The position numbers and the translations under genes were made by a program. Shown piece after piece: positions 32,163 to 60,036 of a stretch of 64,000 bases of DNA. Each line of letters starts with the position of its first letter. Within the stretch, counting starts at the first letter, position 1. The stretch is taken from contig CAVNZM010000008.1 in NCBI GenBank assembly GCA_963693365.1, forward strand, positions 10,672,123-10,736,122. Direction: 5' to 3'. The notes under the pieces were generated by a model. That model was not told where the DNA came from. It searched no databases and saw nothing but the letters and a program-made list of their open reading frames with translations. This DNA comes from Amoebidium appalachense (Eukaryota > Protista > Ichthyosporea).

Positions 32163-32204
<42 letters not shown>
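29455..32204 (+). mobile_element. 5'-truncated non-LTR retrotransposon (APE-type LINE) with (CA)n 3' UTR and poly(A) tail
   Basis: Begins just before an SDHSPI motif (end of an APE endonuclease), continues through an intact RT, and ends in poly(A) at ~32167-32204. Confidence 0.88.
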
Positions 32205-32205
<1 letters not shown>

Positions 32206-32274
32206 GGGGAACCCCAACTAATTGATTTCTCCTTGTAGTCTTTATGGTGTCTCGTAGAGAAAGTAAACCCTGAT

Positions 32275-32402
32275 ATATAGTCACCACCCGACATCTATGT
32301 ACGTGATCATGATATACCGCTGAGGGGATATTCCGAGCAAAACCCCCCCCCCCCCATACCTGAGACTGGTTCTCTTTGCCTCGAGTAAACACCCTAAACC
32401 CC
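32275..32402 (-). repeat. Right arm of 127/128-bp inverted repeat
   Basis: Reverse complement of 29328-29454. Confidence 0.92.
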
Positions 32403-33000
32403 AGATGGCTTAGGGGATATTGCTCCTACCAAAATGTAAGGGTGCTACTTAAAATAGAAAGATAAAAATAGAATTTTCGAGACAGCCGCGCTTTTGGCGC
32501 CCGTTGGCGGGCCGGCTGTCCGGATGTGACCGTTTGACATCTTCCGTTTTCCGACTTTGAGAGTTCGCAGCTGGGGAACTAGAAAACGGGCAGGGTTTAG
32601 GGATTACAGTAATTGGAAATAAAAGGAGGTTAAACCTTAACTTAAGGGCGAAATTTTTTCTAGCAGGAAGGCTTGAATTAGCATATATATAGGACTCTCT
32701 TAGGCTCAGTGTGTTGTTTCATGTTTCAGGTTTGGGCTCGACATGAGCAAGTGAACTGGTGGTAAGATCACACACGCACGGCGCTGGTTTCTTTGACACG
32801 AATCTGGTATATTGCAATTAATCTGGACAATACGAGTCACGCAGAGCAAAACGACATTAGCTTTATAGATACCGGGACCACATGAGCACAACTTCCACAG
32901 ACACTTACGGCTGCTTTCACTCCCTTTCAGACGGCATGCAACCTACAAGTCATTACATTACAAGGCAGGCACACATAGCAGTGTGCTAAATACATAAGGG

Positions 33001-41382
<8,382 letters not shown>

Positions 41383-42592
41383 TCGGATTCGATTTGCTGT
41401 AATTTCGTTTATGATATAAGGAATACGGTCGATAGCCGTAAACTTTGTGGACGTGCATGGGTGTTTATAACGAATTACAATGCTGATATAACTGACTACA
41501 TAGAACGAGCAAGTCTTCTTGAATGTTTTTTATGCACCAGGTTTTTTTGATTGCATATTCTTAATCACCTAGCCTACCCAGTAACTGCTACATATGAAAG
41601 CGGCAAGGTTGCATACAAGTTTTAGTTTGTTGTAGGTAGTACAGGTGAATACGATGTCTGATCATGAGATGTGATAAGAGTAGATCGTTTTCTTTCTTTT
41701 TTTCTTTTATAGTATTTCTTTTTCTTTCTTGTGGCCGGAATTAAATGGATATACTTGGCGCAAATTAACAAAGTGTAAAATCTACAGTAGCCGCTAGAAT
41801 AACAAGTAGATTTACTGTTGCGCATATTAGGTAGATTAGGCGGCGTGAAATGACCCTGGCGGTGCCACCAGCAGTTGCTTTTCTTAGAGCAATTATTGCA
41901 TACACCATATTGTGAATATCAGATAGCCGTCGAGCCATATAGTTCAACTTGGCATAAGTTCCCCCCCTTCGAATTTCCCCCCCGCCCCACCTGTCCGGCA
42001 CGCCTGTCTACCAAAAGGGGAAAATGCACTACCAAAAGGGAAAATTGCACTACGGCAGATGTGTTGACACTAAAATAGTTCATAAATCCTGAAGAAGGAA
42101 GAGGAAGCCAATTTTTCAACACCCCCCTCTCCCCCCCCCCCCCCCCCCCCCCCCTCTACACACACACACACACGCGCGCGCGCGCGCGCGCCAACGTACC
42201 TGGTCCACCACCACCAACTACCACCCACCCACCCGGGGCCCTCAGGGCTCAGGTGTCAGGCTTTCCGGTCGCACGTGCGTATGCAAGCAGGGACCATGCG
42301 ATCAGTGGCCAAGAAACATCTCATTCGAACCCTGCGATTGTTCCGACTGAGATCGCAATTTTGATGGGTTTTGTGGTGTGCGGCCAGCCGCGGCTCAGAA
42401 AAAGACTTCCCTGATGCATATATATGCCTGATGCGGCGAAAGCAAGCAAAGCCTAGGAAAAACGCTGTTCCTTTGCAATTGCCTCATAGATTGTACATGT
42501 TACAGCACCCCAATCTCAGGCGCCTGAATTCTGAAAGACCCTTTGGCAAGGTTATAATTAGGGGCTGAGTAGGTTGTAAGCCAGCTTCCAGG

Positions 42593-46668
<4,076 letters not shown>

Positions 46669-47171
46669 GGTTTTTTAAAGTAGGTGTATGAAAATTTAAA
46701 ATCTCTTGTGCATTCAGTGATGTCTGTACCAGACCAAGTTGTGTATGGTCAGAGCTTCAAACAGTGAAAGGAAACATGTTTGGCGCACAAAGGCACATGT
46801 GCACATTCTTGCCTAAACGTGTTGGCGCGGACACACGTATAAATGCGCACGTGCACAGAATCACACCGTTGTAAGCGACTCTCCGGTGCACGTTGGTAGA
46901 TGTGCATGCATGTGCACCAATGGAATGGTTAGTTTTATTAGGCCTGCGTCATGCGTATGAAGTACATCCCATAGGTGCCTCATGCTTTGTAGTTTGGGAA
47001 TTCGTAGTGAAAGTTACTGGATTTGGGTATATTCCTGGCATTTTAGCGGGTTTCAGGCGAATGATATAATATGCAAGCACACACAGCCTCTGTGGGGCTT
47101 TGGTGTTACCTCACAAATATATTTGACGAATTTTCGATTACCAACATTCGATTCACGAGTGCACGTGCTAG

Positions 47172-47202
<31 letters not shown>

Positions 47203-48124
47203 TTTCCCTTCGATCTTCGGATCACTTCTGATGAAGCCTTGATGTGCATACACACGTGCACAACGACTCACACAGTCATCTGTATATGCACACCCGTGTA
47301 AAAATAGTCTTTTGGATGCACGCACACCACAGGGTCGTGCACACACAACTGCACAGTATCACACATCACCGTCCCACCGTTAACACCCAGGCACACACCC
47401 ACACATATGACAGTACACAGATATCTCCCCCCCCGCCAACCACCACCACGTGACCACACATACACACATGCACGCACACACGCACACGTCCCACCCCACG
47501 ACCACCACCACACACACACACACACATGTACACACACATTTGCACACGAACCCTTTTATTTTTTTAAAAAAATAAAAATAAAAAAAGAAAGATAAAAAAA
47601 GAAAAATAAGAGAGAGAGAGAAAGAGAGCCTCGGAGAAAAAGAGACAGATTCATAGAAAGACCATGTGCACCGTGGTGTATGCATATAGCGTGAACACAC
47701 TCTGTACCATCTGAACCTCCCACCACACATGGCCACAAGATAAAACAACTCGTCACAGTGACACATGAATTCAACTTTTTATTGTGGCCTGTGTTCGTAC
47801 ATCTGGCCATACGTTCACCAGATTGCACAGAAGCATGTACTCACACAGAATTCCACCAATTTGCATTACAGCTTACAACCAATAACCTTCGAAATGGCCA
47901 GTCAAATGATTGTAATACAGGTGTACGAATCCGGCTTTAGCAAGCATACTTACATGATACGTCTCATCTAACTGTATGTTTAGCTTGAACCAGTACAGTT
48001 GTATTCGGTTTATATTAATCTAACTTTATGGAATTGCGTGACTTTGTACCAGTAAAGTACTTCTAAAATCCGATACTTATGATAATGACATAGAACTACA
48101 TAACGTGCATCACCATACAAGAAA

Positions 48125-52814
<4,690 letters not shown>

Positions 52815-53589
52815 CTGCAACTCCCCACCACAGTTCAGTCTCTTCATCTCTGTGTGGGTCACAAGAACCCCTAAGGGCCTAAACTCCCTCCCCGCCCCCC
52901 CCCGGGGGGGGGGGGGGGGACCACCATTCCGCTAAAACAAAAGCATGACTTATTCCTGCAGCATGCTGAAACAAAAAAAACCATGTGCAACGGAAAGGCA
53001 TTCTTGACGCTCTTCTGAGCCCATGATGCCTCAGCAAAAACTAACAACAGAAATCTCTCTTGCCTTTGCACAAACTAAGCTCCCAGCAGATGACGTGGCA
53101 TTCTGGCCTCACTCGAAAACTCAAATGTCAGCAGAAAGCCTCAACTTAGAGTAAACTGAGGCTCAATTGCTTTCAAAATACCTCCATAAGCGGACAAGAA
53201 CCCTGACAAATGCAAAGCTAAAATTTGCCTCAAATAAAACATGCATATACAAGAGTCCAACCAACCCGCCTACCTTTGGTTCTCGTAAACCTCCACCCAG
53301 CTGGCCACGGGCAGCCCTTCCATTTATACCAGACAACTGGACACAGCCAATCAGACTCGGGCTTTCGAAGTTCACGTGTTTCTTTTCTCTTTCCTTTAAT
53401 CTTTCTTCCCTAAATGGCTATGTCTAATAGCTGTGTGCACATAACGAAAGGCCTTTCTTCAAGTTTCAAGTTTTTGATCAATCCTTGTGCGCCAAGGGAA
53501 GGGTTTTATATAGGCTCTTGGCTGATGAGCCGAGATAAGCGATGACCTCAGCAAATCAACAACCAATCAGATTCCGAAAAACTGAAAAG

Positions 53590-53973
53590 TTGGGATATTC
53601 GGGTTGGTTGTAAGGTTTTCCGGGTCGGGCCGAAGGCCCTAACGGGCCGCAGGCCCGCCTATTGGGCCGCCAGGCCCTAGGCCTCGGGCCCGGGGCCCCG
53701 GGGACCGGGGGGCCCGACCCGGCCCGCGAGCCACCCCCCGGCCCGGCCCGGCCCCCCGGGGCCCGCGGGGGGGTTAGCAGCCGCTGCTAACCCCCCCGCG
53801 GGCCCCGGGGGGCCGGGCCGGGCCGGGGGTGGCTCGCGGGCCGGGTCGGGCCCCCCGGTCCCCGGGGCCCCGGGCCCCAGGCCTAGGGCCTGGCGGCCCA
53901 ATAGGCGGGCCTGCGGCCCGTTAGGGCCTTCGGCCCGACCCGGAAAACCTTACAACCAACCCGAATATCCCAA
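53590..53973. repeat. 384-bp GC-rich near-perfect palindrome with 1-nt centre (53782)
   Basis: TTGGGATATTCGGGTTGG...GGTTAGCAGC-C-GCTGCTAACC...CCAACCCGAATATCCCAA; one mismatch and one run-length difference seen. Confidence 0.95.
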
Positions 53974-54685
53974 TATTGCTTCATTCTGATTGGTTGTCAC
54001 ACCACGGGGTTTCCCGATTGTTCTTCGAATGACATTTGCTATCACTATCAGACAGTTCTCCAATATCAGAACAGAAAACGGTCTCTACCCAGATGGCCAG
54101 ATGGCCAGGTCAAATTCAGTGTGTGGAAAAAGGTGGATAAAACGGGATAAAACGGTGAGCAAAATGATCTGGCCATCTGGCCATGTGGCCATGGAATCTC
54201 TATATCTAAAAATAGCTGCCACTGCGCCGGGGCGTGGTTCCGGGAGGCAGGGGAGGCAGGGGGGCAGGGGGGCAGGGGAGCAGGGGAGCACTCACTGGCA
54301 CTGCGCCGGGGCGTGGTTCCGGGAGGCAGGGGAGGCACACGTGCAGGGGAGGCAGGGGGGTCGGGGGAGGCACACGTGCACAGGAGGCTGGGGAGAGTGG
54401 GGGAACCATGGTTGTGTGATACTATCTATCCCCCATGTATGGCTGAGTTAAGACCATTTGTTCATGTAGCACGATCTTCTAGCATGCACGTGTTGGAATG
54501 CCACCACTGGGGGGCCTGGTTCCGGCAGGCAGGGGGGCAGGGGGGCACACGTGTGTGGGTGTGCATGTGGCAGGGGAGCAGGGGGGCAGGGGAGCAGGGG
54601 AGCAGGGGGGCTGGCATGCCACTCACGGGGAGGATAGTGTATGTTGGCACGTGTGGGTGTGTGGGTGATAAAGGCAGAAGCCACA

Positions 54686-55005
54686 ACACGTGTGGTGTCT
54701 AAACAGCCTATAGGCATGCTCCGTGTGCAGGCACCAATTTCTACCCTCTTCTGGTTGGTGCCAAGAGGCAGCGCCCTACACGTGTGGTGTCTAAACAGCC
54801 TATAGGCATGCTCCGTGTGCAGGCACCAATTTCTACCCTCTTCTGGTTGGTGCCAAGAGGCAGCGCCCTACACGTGTGGTGTCTAAACAGCCTATAGGCA
54901 TGCTCCGTGTGCAGGCACCAATTTGTTGTGCCTTCCTTTTTTGGTTAGATCTATACCCGGCCAATGGTTAGCAGCCACGGGTTTGTTTTCATCAAGCTTA
55001 GACGT
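54686..55005 (+). repeat. Left inverted-repeat arm: 92-bp unit x ~2.6 plus an 83-bp tail
   Basis: Units start at 54686, 54778 and 54870; 54706-55005 is the reverse complement of 59734-60036. Confidence 0.92.
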
Positions 55006-55115
55006 GATACTTTGCCAACCATCAAGGCCGTTTGAGTGACAATGACCGTTGATTGGAGAGATCTATCCCATTGAGCCTTGGCACCATTGCTGGTAAGCTG
55101 CTTTGTACCGTGGCA

Positions 55116-55124
55116 TATAAAAGC
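55116..55124 (+). promoter_or_regulatory. TATA box (TATAAAAGC) of ORF 55219
   Basis: ~100 bp upstream of the ATG; same 9-mer precedes two other ORFs of the element. Confidence 0.6.
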
Positions 55125-55218
55125 AGCACACACGGTCACATTCACTCATTTCAACACTGACACTCAATAGTAAAAGGCGACACACAACAAACTTGTTTTT
55201 CAAACACTCACACGAAAC

Positions 55219-56439
55219 ATGGATTCTTGGAAAGAGGAGCTTCAACAGCTGCAGAAGCGCTTTGATTTTCTGTACACGGACCATTCGTCTCGCGTAACGG
55301 CCCTGCACACCGACGTCACCAGCCTCCGCACCGACCTCACCAGCCTCCGCAGTCAAGTGACCAATGAGAATGCTGCGCGTACCCCCCGACCCCCCCAACC
55401 CCAGCCCTCTGATGTAGAGGCACGACTGAGGGCAGCCGAAGAGCAGATCAAGACCCTGCAGGCCGAGCTTGCCAGCCTGCAACGGGCTGCAGCACCCCGT
55501 CGGGATGGCCAGGTGGCCTATGAAAACTACATTTTCAGTGGCCCTCGCAAGACTACCATTGCCGCCAACACCACCACTGTGACTGCTGACCCCACCCCTG
55601 TCGCAAAGACCGCCCCTGTGACTGCCCCCACCCCTGCCGCAAAGACCACCCCTGTGACTGCCCCCACCCCTGCCGCAAAGACCACCCCTGTGACTGCCCC
55701 CACCCCTGTCGCAAAGACCGCCCCTGTGACTGCCCCCACCCCTGCCGCCAAGACCACTCCTGTGACTGCCCCCACCCCTGCCGCCAAGACCACTCCTGCC
55801 AAGACCACCCCTACCACCAAGACCACTCCTGCCAAGACCACCCCTACCACCAAGACCACTCCTGCCAAGACCACCCCTACCACCAAGACCACTCCTGCCA
55901 AGACCACCCCTGCCGCTAAGCCCAGGCCCAAGCACACCAAAACACCTGAGACTTCGTTGCATGACCATACGATGGACCTCGATGCACAGCTAACTAGTGT
56001 GAGGGGGGAGCTCCAGAATGCTCGAGAGCGTGTCAAAGAGGCAAAGGCGGCTGAAGATGAAATGGCGGAGGGCCTGGCCATTGCTGCTGTGTGTGCAGCC
56101 CAAAACACCATAAAAAGCATCCGAAGGAAGATTCTGCGACGGGAGAAGAACTTGAAGGCATACACAGGTGGTAATGAGTCTGTCTCTTCACCTGCCTCAC
56201 CCGCCAAACGCGTCCATGATCAATGCGATTGGGACTCAGATGAAGCATTCAACCCCAAGCGGCTCAAACGACGGGCAAATCAGGTACTCGATGATATGAC
56301 AGATGACGAATCTGCGTCTGATCGTGAGTCGGTCGTGTATGACCGCAAAACTGAACCCAAACATAAACAAACTGAAGAAATTCCCCTCATTGATCTTGAC
56401 CAGGAAGAGTTTGACCAGTATGAGCATGAGATGTACTGA
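55219..56439 (+). CDS. Hypothetical 406-aa protein: coiled coil, Thr/Pro/Ala/Lys repeat stalk, coiled coil, acidic C-terminus
   Basis: Intronless ATG ORF with upstream TATA and AT-rich 3' flank; 33-bp and 30-bp in-frame repeats. Confidence 0.85.
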   Translation: MDSWKEELQQLQKRFDFLYTDHSSRVTALHTDVTSLRTDLTSLRSQVTNENAARTPRPPQPQPSDVEARLRAAEEQIKTLQAELASLQRAAAPRRDGQVAYENYIFSGPRKTTIAANTTTVTADPTPVAKTAPVTAPTPAAKTTPVTAPTPAAKTTPVTAPTPVAKTAPVTAPTPAAKTTPVTAPTPAAKTTPAKTTPTTKTTPAKTTPTTKTTPAKTTPTTKTTPAKTTPAAKPRPKHTKTPETSLHDHTMDLDAQLTSVRGELQNARERVKEAKAAEDEMAEGLAIAAVCAAQNTIKSIRRKILRREKNLKAYTGGNESVSSPASPAKRVHDQCDWDSDEAFNPKRLKRRANQVLDDMTDDESASDRESVVYDRKTEPKHKQTEEIPLIDLDQEEFDQYEHEMY

Positions 56440-56842
56440 TTTGATTGGTCGACTAAGTGGCATTCTCTTTTGATTTGTATTTGAATTGGTCGGTCTTGAT
56501 TTATTTGTTTCTTTTCTCTTTTAGTTTGTATTTGAATATACTCGGTCCAAGTTGATTTGTTCTTTGTAATCTGACTAGACTATCATGTACGTACGTACTC
56601 TTTTTCTATACAATCACTTGTGTTCATATCAAAGGATTCTGTGTACGTGGACCACGGAAACATACACCATTTTTTGCAGTGCTTCATGCTATAAAATAAC
56701 CATGAGAGACACAAACAAATACACTAAGTGTGTACACGTCTACCCATAGGCCCAAGTGTTGACATGTCTGCCCACAGTTCCCTAAGGCTTAAAGCACACA
56801 TCTGCCTGTATGCCATAAACTTTACTTTCACCACAAGACACC

Positions 56843-57592
56843 CACCTAAGTACACTCTGCACCACCCTAAGTACACTGTGGTGCACAGCCCCACCCTAAG
56901 TACACGTCTGCACCACCCTAAGTACACTGTGGTGCACAGCCCCACCCTAAGTACACGTCTGCACCACCCTAAGTACACTGTGGTGCACAGCCCCACCCTA
57001 AGTACACGTCTGCACCACCCTAAGTACACTCTGCACAGCCCCACCCTAAGTACACGTCTGCACCACCCTAAGTACACGTCTGCACCACCCTAAGTACACG
57101 TCTGCACCACCCTAAGTACACGTCTGCACCACCCTAAGTACACTCTGCACAGCCCCACCCTAAGTACACGTCTGCACCACCCTAAGTACACTCTGCACAG
57201 CCCCACCCTAAGTACACTCTGCACCACCCTAAGTACACGTCTGCACCACCCTAAGTACACCTCTGCACAGCCCCACCCTAAGTACACTCTGCACCACCCT
57301 AAGTACACTCTGCACCACCCTAAGTACCTCTACACCATCCTAAGTACACGTCTGCACAGCCCCACCCTTTAAGTACACTCTGCACCACCCTAAGTACACT
57401 CTGCACCACCCTAAGTACCTCTACACCATCCTAAGTACACGTCTGCACAGCCCCACCCTTTAAGTACACGTCTGCACAGCCCCACCCTTTAAGTACACGT
57501 CTGCACCATCCTAAGTACACGTCTGCACAGCCCCACCCTTTAAGTACACGTCTGCACAGCCCCACCCTAAGTACACTCAATGTTAAGTACAC
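56843..57592. repeat. Tandem array of ~32 units (21-29 bp) with core (CCC)TAAGTACAC
   Basis: Counted by eye; linkers drawn from a few variants (TCTGCACCA, GTCTGCACCA, TCTGCACAGCCCCA, TGTGGTGCACAGCCCCA). Confidence 0.95.
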
Positions 57593-57655
57593 CTGCACAC
57601 AAGCACTAGAATAGCCTGAGGCTACTCTCTAATAGCGGCCCCTTTTTTCACCGTG

Positions 57656-58360
57656 TCAAGGCCAGTTGATATCTCCGTCTGAAGACTCGGAAGACGCCCC
57701 AGAGCTGCTGGCTTCACTGGCTCGTGCCCTTTTCTGCTGTCCCCGTGTCAAGGTCTTGGACTCGGAAGACGAGTGCTCCTCAGAAGACGAGTACTCCTCA
57801 GGTCCCCATAGCAAGGTCTTGAACCAAGGAGGCACTTCCTCCTGTACCTCCGACCCAGAGCTTTTGACTTCCTCTCGTGTCCTCTTCTGCTGTCTTCGTG
57901 GTTTCTCCCGTGTCTTGGACCCCTGTGTGAAGGTCTTCCAGTTGAACCAAGGAGGCACTGGAGAATGGTGCTCCTCCTCCGACCCAGAGCTTCTGACTTC
58001 CTCTCGTGTCCTCTTCTGCTGTCTTCGTGGTTTCTCCCGTGTCTTGGACCCCTGTGTGATGTGCAAACGTGAGCGCTGCAGGGGCTGGGGGGCCAAGTCC
58101 ACGGGATAGGAGCTGCCATGCTCGCCAGCACGAAGTGCAGGTGCCGCTGCCAGGACAGGGGGTGCCACGGTCAGCGCTGGGGGTGCCACGGTTGCTGCTG
58201 TAGTGGTGCGCGAAGCCATGCGGGTGTGCCTAGCAAGGGCGCGCGCGAAACGGGCCTGGGTGTCCCGCAGGGCCTTTGCATCCTCCTCCAAAGTCTTGAG
58301 TCTTGTCTCTATTTTTTCAGCGCGCCTTCCTAGATCTTTGATGTCATCTTTAGAACTCAT
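57656..58360 (-). CDS. Hypothetical 234-aa protein: N-terminal coiled coil, duplicated basic ~40-aa module, Ser/acidic tail
   Basis: ATG at 58360 (MSSKDDIKDL); TATAAAAGC at 58452-58444; repeat TQGSKTREKPRRQQKRTREEV x2. Confidence 0.8.
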   Translation of the reverse strand: MSSKDDIKDLGRRAEKIETRLKTLEEDAKALRDTQARFARALARHTRMASRTTTAATVAPPALTVAPPVLAAAPALRAGEHGSSYPVDLAPQPLQRSRLHITQGSKTREKPRRQQKRTREEVRSSGSEEEHHSPVPPWFNWKTFTQGSKTREKPRRQQKRTREEVKSSGSEVQEEVPPWFKTLLWGPEEYSSSEEHSSSESKTLTRGQQKRARASEASSSGASSESSDGDINWP

Positions 58361-58443
58361 TTTCGGGACAGTTGGATGTACGTTGTGTGCCAAGGGAGAA
58401 GCTAGCTAACATGGAAAAGGTGTGTGGATTGAAGAGAGTATGG

Positions 58444-58660
58444 GCTTTTATATGTATATGCCGTGCCCGGCTTTGGCATCAGATGCTTTATTGCATTAGA
58501 TTGGTTGGATATACCCCAGCCGCGACGCTTGATTGGATCTAGAGATCGCGTGAACATCTGATTGGCTAATTGTCATTTGGGCATCTTGGTGTATCCGATA
58601 AGTTGGGGCTCAACCAAATCTGCTGACTGATTGATGAATTCTGATTGGATCAACAAGAGC
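58444..58660 (-). promoter_or_regulatory. TATA box plus cluster of CCAAT boxes upstream of ORF 58360
   Basis: GCTTTTATA at 58444-58452; several GATTGG between 58499 and 58650. Confidence 0.55.
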
Positions 58661-59320
58661 ATGTTTTGACTTGAGAATTGTCATTTTGACAGATTGGATT
58701 GTAATCCGATCTTTGCAACTTGGCCGTCAGTGTTTGAACACAATGTATTTTGATGTAGCAACTCCTAAAAAAACACGAATATGCTTCCCAACAATTACGA
58801 GCATTATTCTGTCTATCAGGGATACAAAAATTGGTCAGGAAAAGTACACAATCACATGGTGCTGACAGATTGCGCACGATGTCAACTGATAGCGAATCGG
58901 TGCACTGCCTGCTGGGAACCACATGTCACTTTTTGAGCAGCACTTGGGAAACTCGCGCTCACGTGGATCCAATACTTATACACCAATCAGAAGTGTGCGC
59001 ACAAAAAGGGGTCCGCGCTGGATACAAATGGCTTGGTGTGTGTGTGTGTGTGTGTTTTATTTTGCATTGTGTAAGGGGCGCTTTTTTTTGTTCACACTGC
59101 TTTACTTCGTGTAAATAATCAGTGGCGAGTTTTTTTAGTTCACGGTGTGTTTGCGCATCATAGGATTTTGCTTTATTTTGCACTGTGTAAGAGGGACGGT
59201 TTTTTTGGGTCACACTTTTGCTTCGTAAAAATAAGAGGGACGTTTTTTTTTGTTCACACTGCTTTTCTTCGTGGATAGAAAAACTAAACACCTCCTGCCC
59301 AACCGGCTGCAAACGACACA

Positions 59321-59665
59321 ATGGATGAAACAGATACACAGCGCCAAGATGCACACACCAAGCAGCTGCAAGAGACCAACAAGATGCTGAAGGAGGCCAA
59401 CGAGGGGCTGCACGGGCTGATCCAGCAGCTGAGGGAGTTGAACAACGACATGGACAAGGACAACGACGCGCTGCGCACAATTAACAAGAACCAGCGGGAG
59501 GTGATCAAGGGCCTGCAAGAGGAGCGCAACAAGGTGTGCGAAGAGAACAAGAATTTGGTGGTGGAGAACCAAGAGCTGCAGCTGGAAAACGACAAGCTGA
59601 AGAAGCAAAAGGACTTTCTACGGGCCTGTCTCATACGGCTGGGCCAGTCCGCTAAGACTCCATGA
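59321..59665 (+). CDS. Hypothetical 114-aa coiled-coil (leucine-zipper-like) protein
   Basis: ATG ORF with strong GC3 codon bias and heptad Leu/Asn periodicity. Confidence 0.85.
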   Translation: MDETDTQRQDAHTKQLQETNKMLKEANEGLHGLIQQLRELNNDMDKDNDALRTINKNQREVIKGLQEERNKVCEENKNLVVENQELQLENDKLKKQKDFLRACLIRLGQSAKTP

Positions 59666-59733
59666 AACGGATTGATACAATCATGAGGGATAACACTTGC
59701 GAGTGATTTCATTCTGTTACTTAGTATGTATTA

Positions 59734-60036
59734 ACGTCTAAGCTTGATGAAAACAAACCCGTGGCTGCTAACCATTGGCCGGGTATAGATCTAACCAAAA
59801 AAGGAAGGCACAACAAATTAGTGCCCTGGACACGGAGCATGCCTATAGGCTGTTTAGACACCACACGTGTAGAGCACTGCCTCTTGGCACCAACCAGAAG
59901 AGGGTAGAAATCAGTGCCCTGCACACAGAGCATGCCTATAGGCTGTTTAGACACCACACGTGTAGGGCACTGCCTCTTGGCACCAACCAGAAGAGGGTAG
60001 AAATCAGTGCCCTGCACACGGGGCATGCCTATAGGC
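59734..60036 (-). repeat. Right inverted-repeat arm: 83-bp tail plus 93-bp unit x ~2.4
   Basis: GCCTATAGGC at 59841, 59934 and 60027 (period 93); reverse complement of 54706-55005. Confidence 0.92.

Noticed and set aside
29328-32402. DIRS-type retrotransposon (RT within inverted terminal repeats)
   Set aside because: The RT is non-LTR type with an APE remnant and poly(A); there is no RNase H or tyrosine recombinase.
55063-56207. Antisense ORFs 55063-55968 and 55527-56207 (likewise those opposite 26804-27473 and 36876-37727)
   Set aside because: Shadows of repetitive coding sequence on the other strand.
56843-57592. CRISPR-like array
   Set aside because: Linkers are short (9-17 bp) and reused rather than unique spacers; no cas genes; eukaryotic context.
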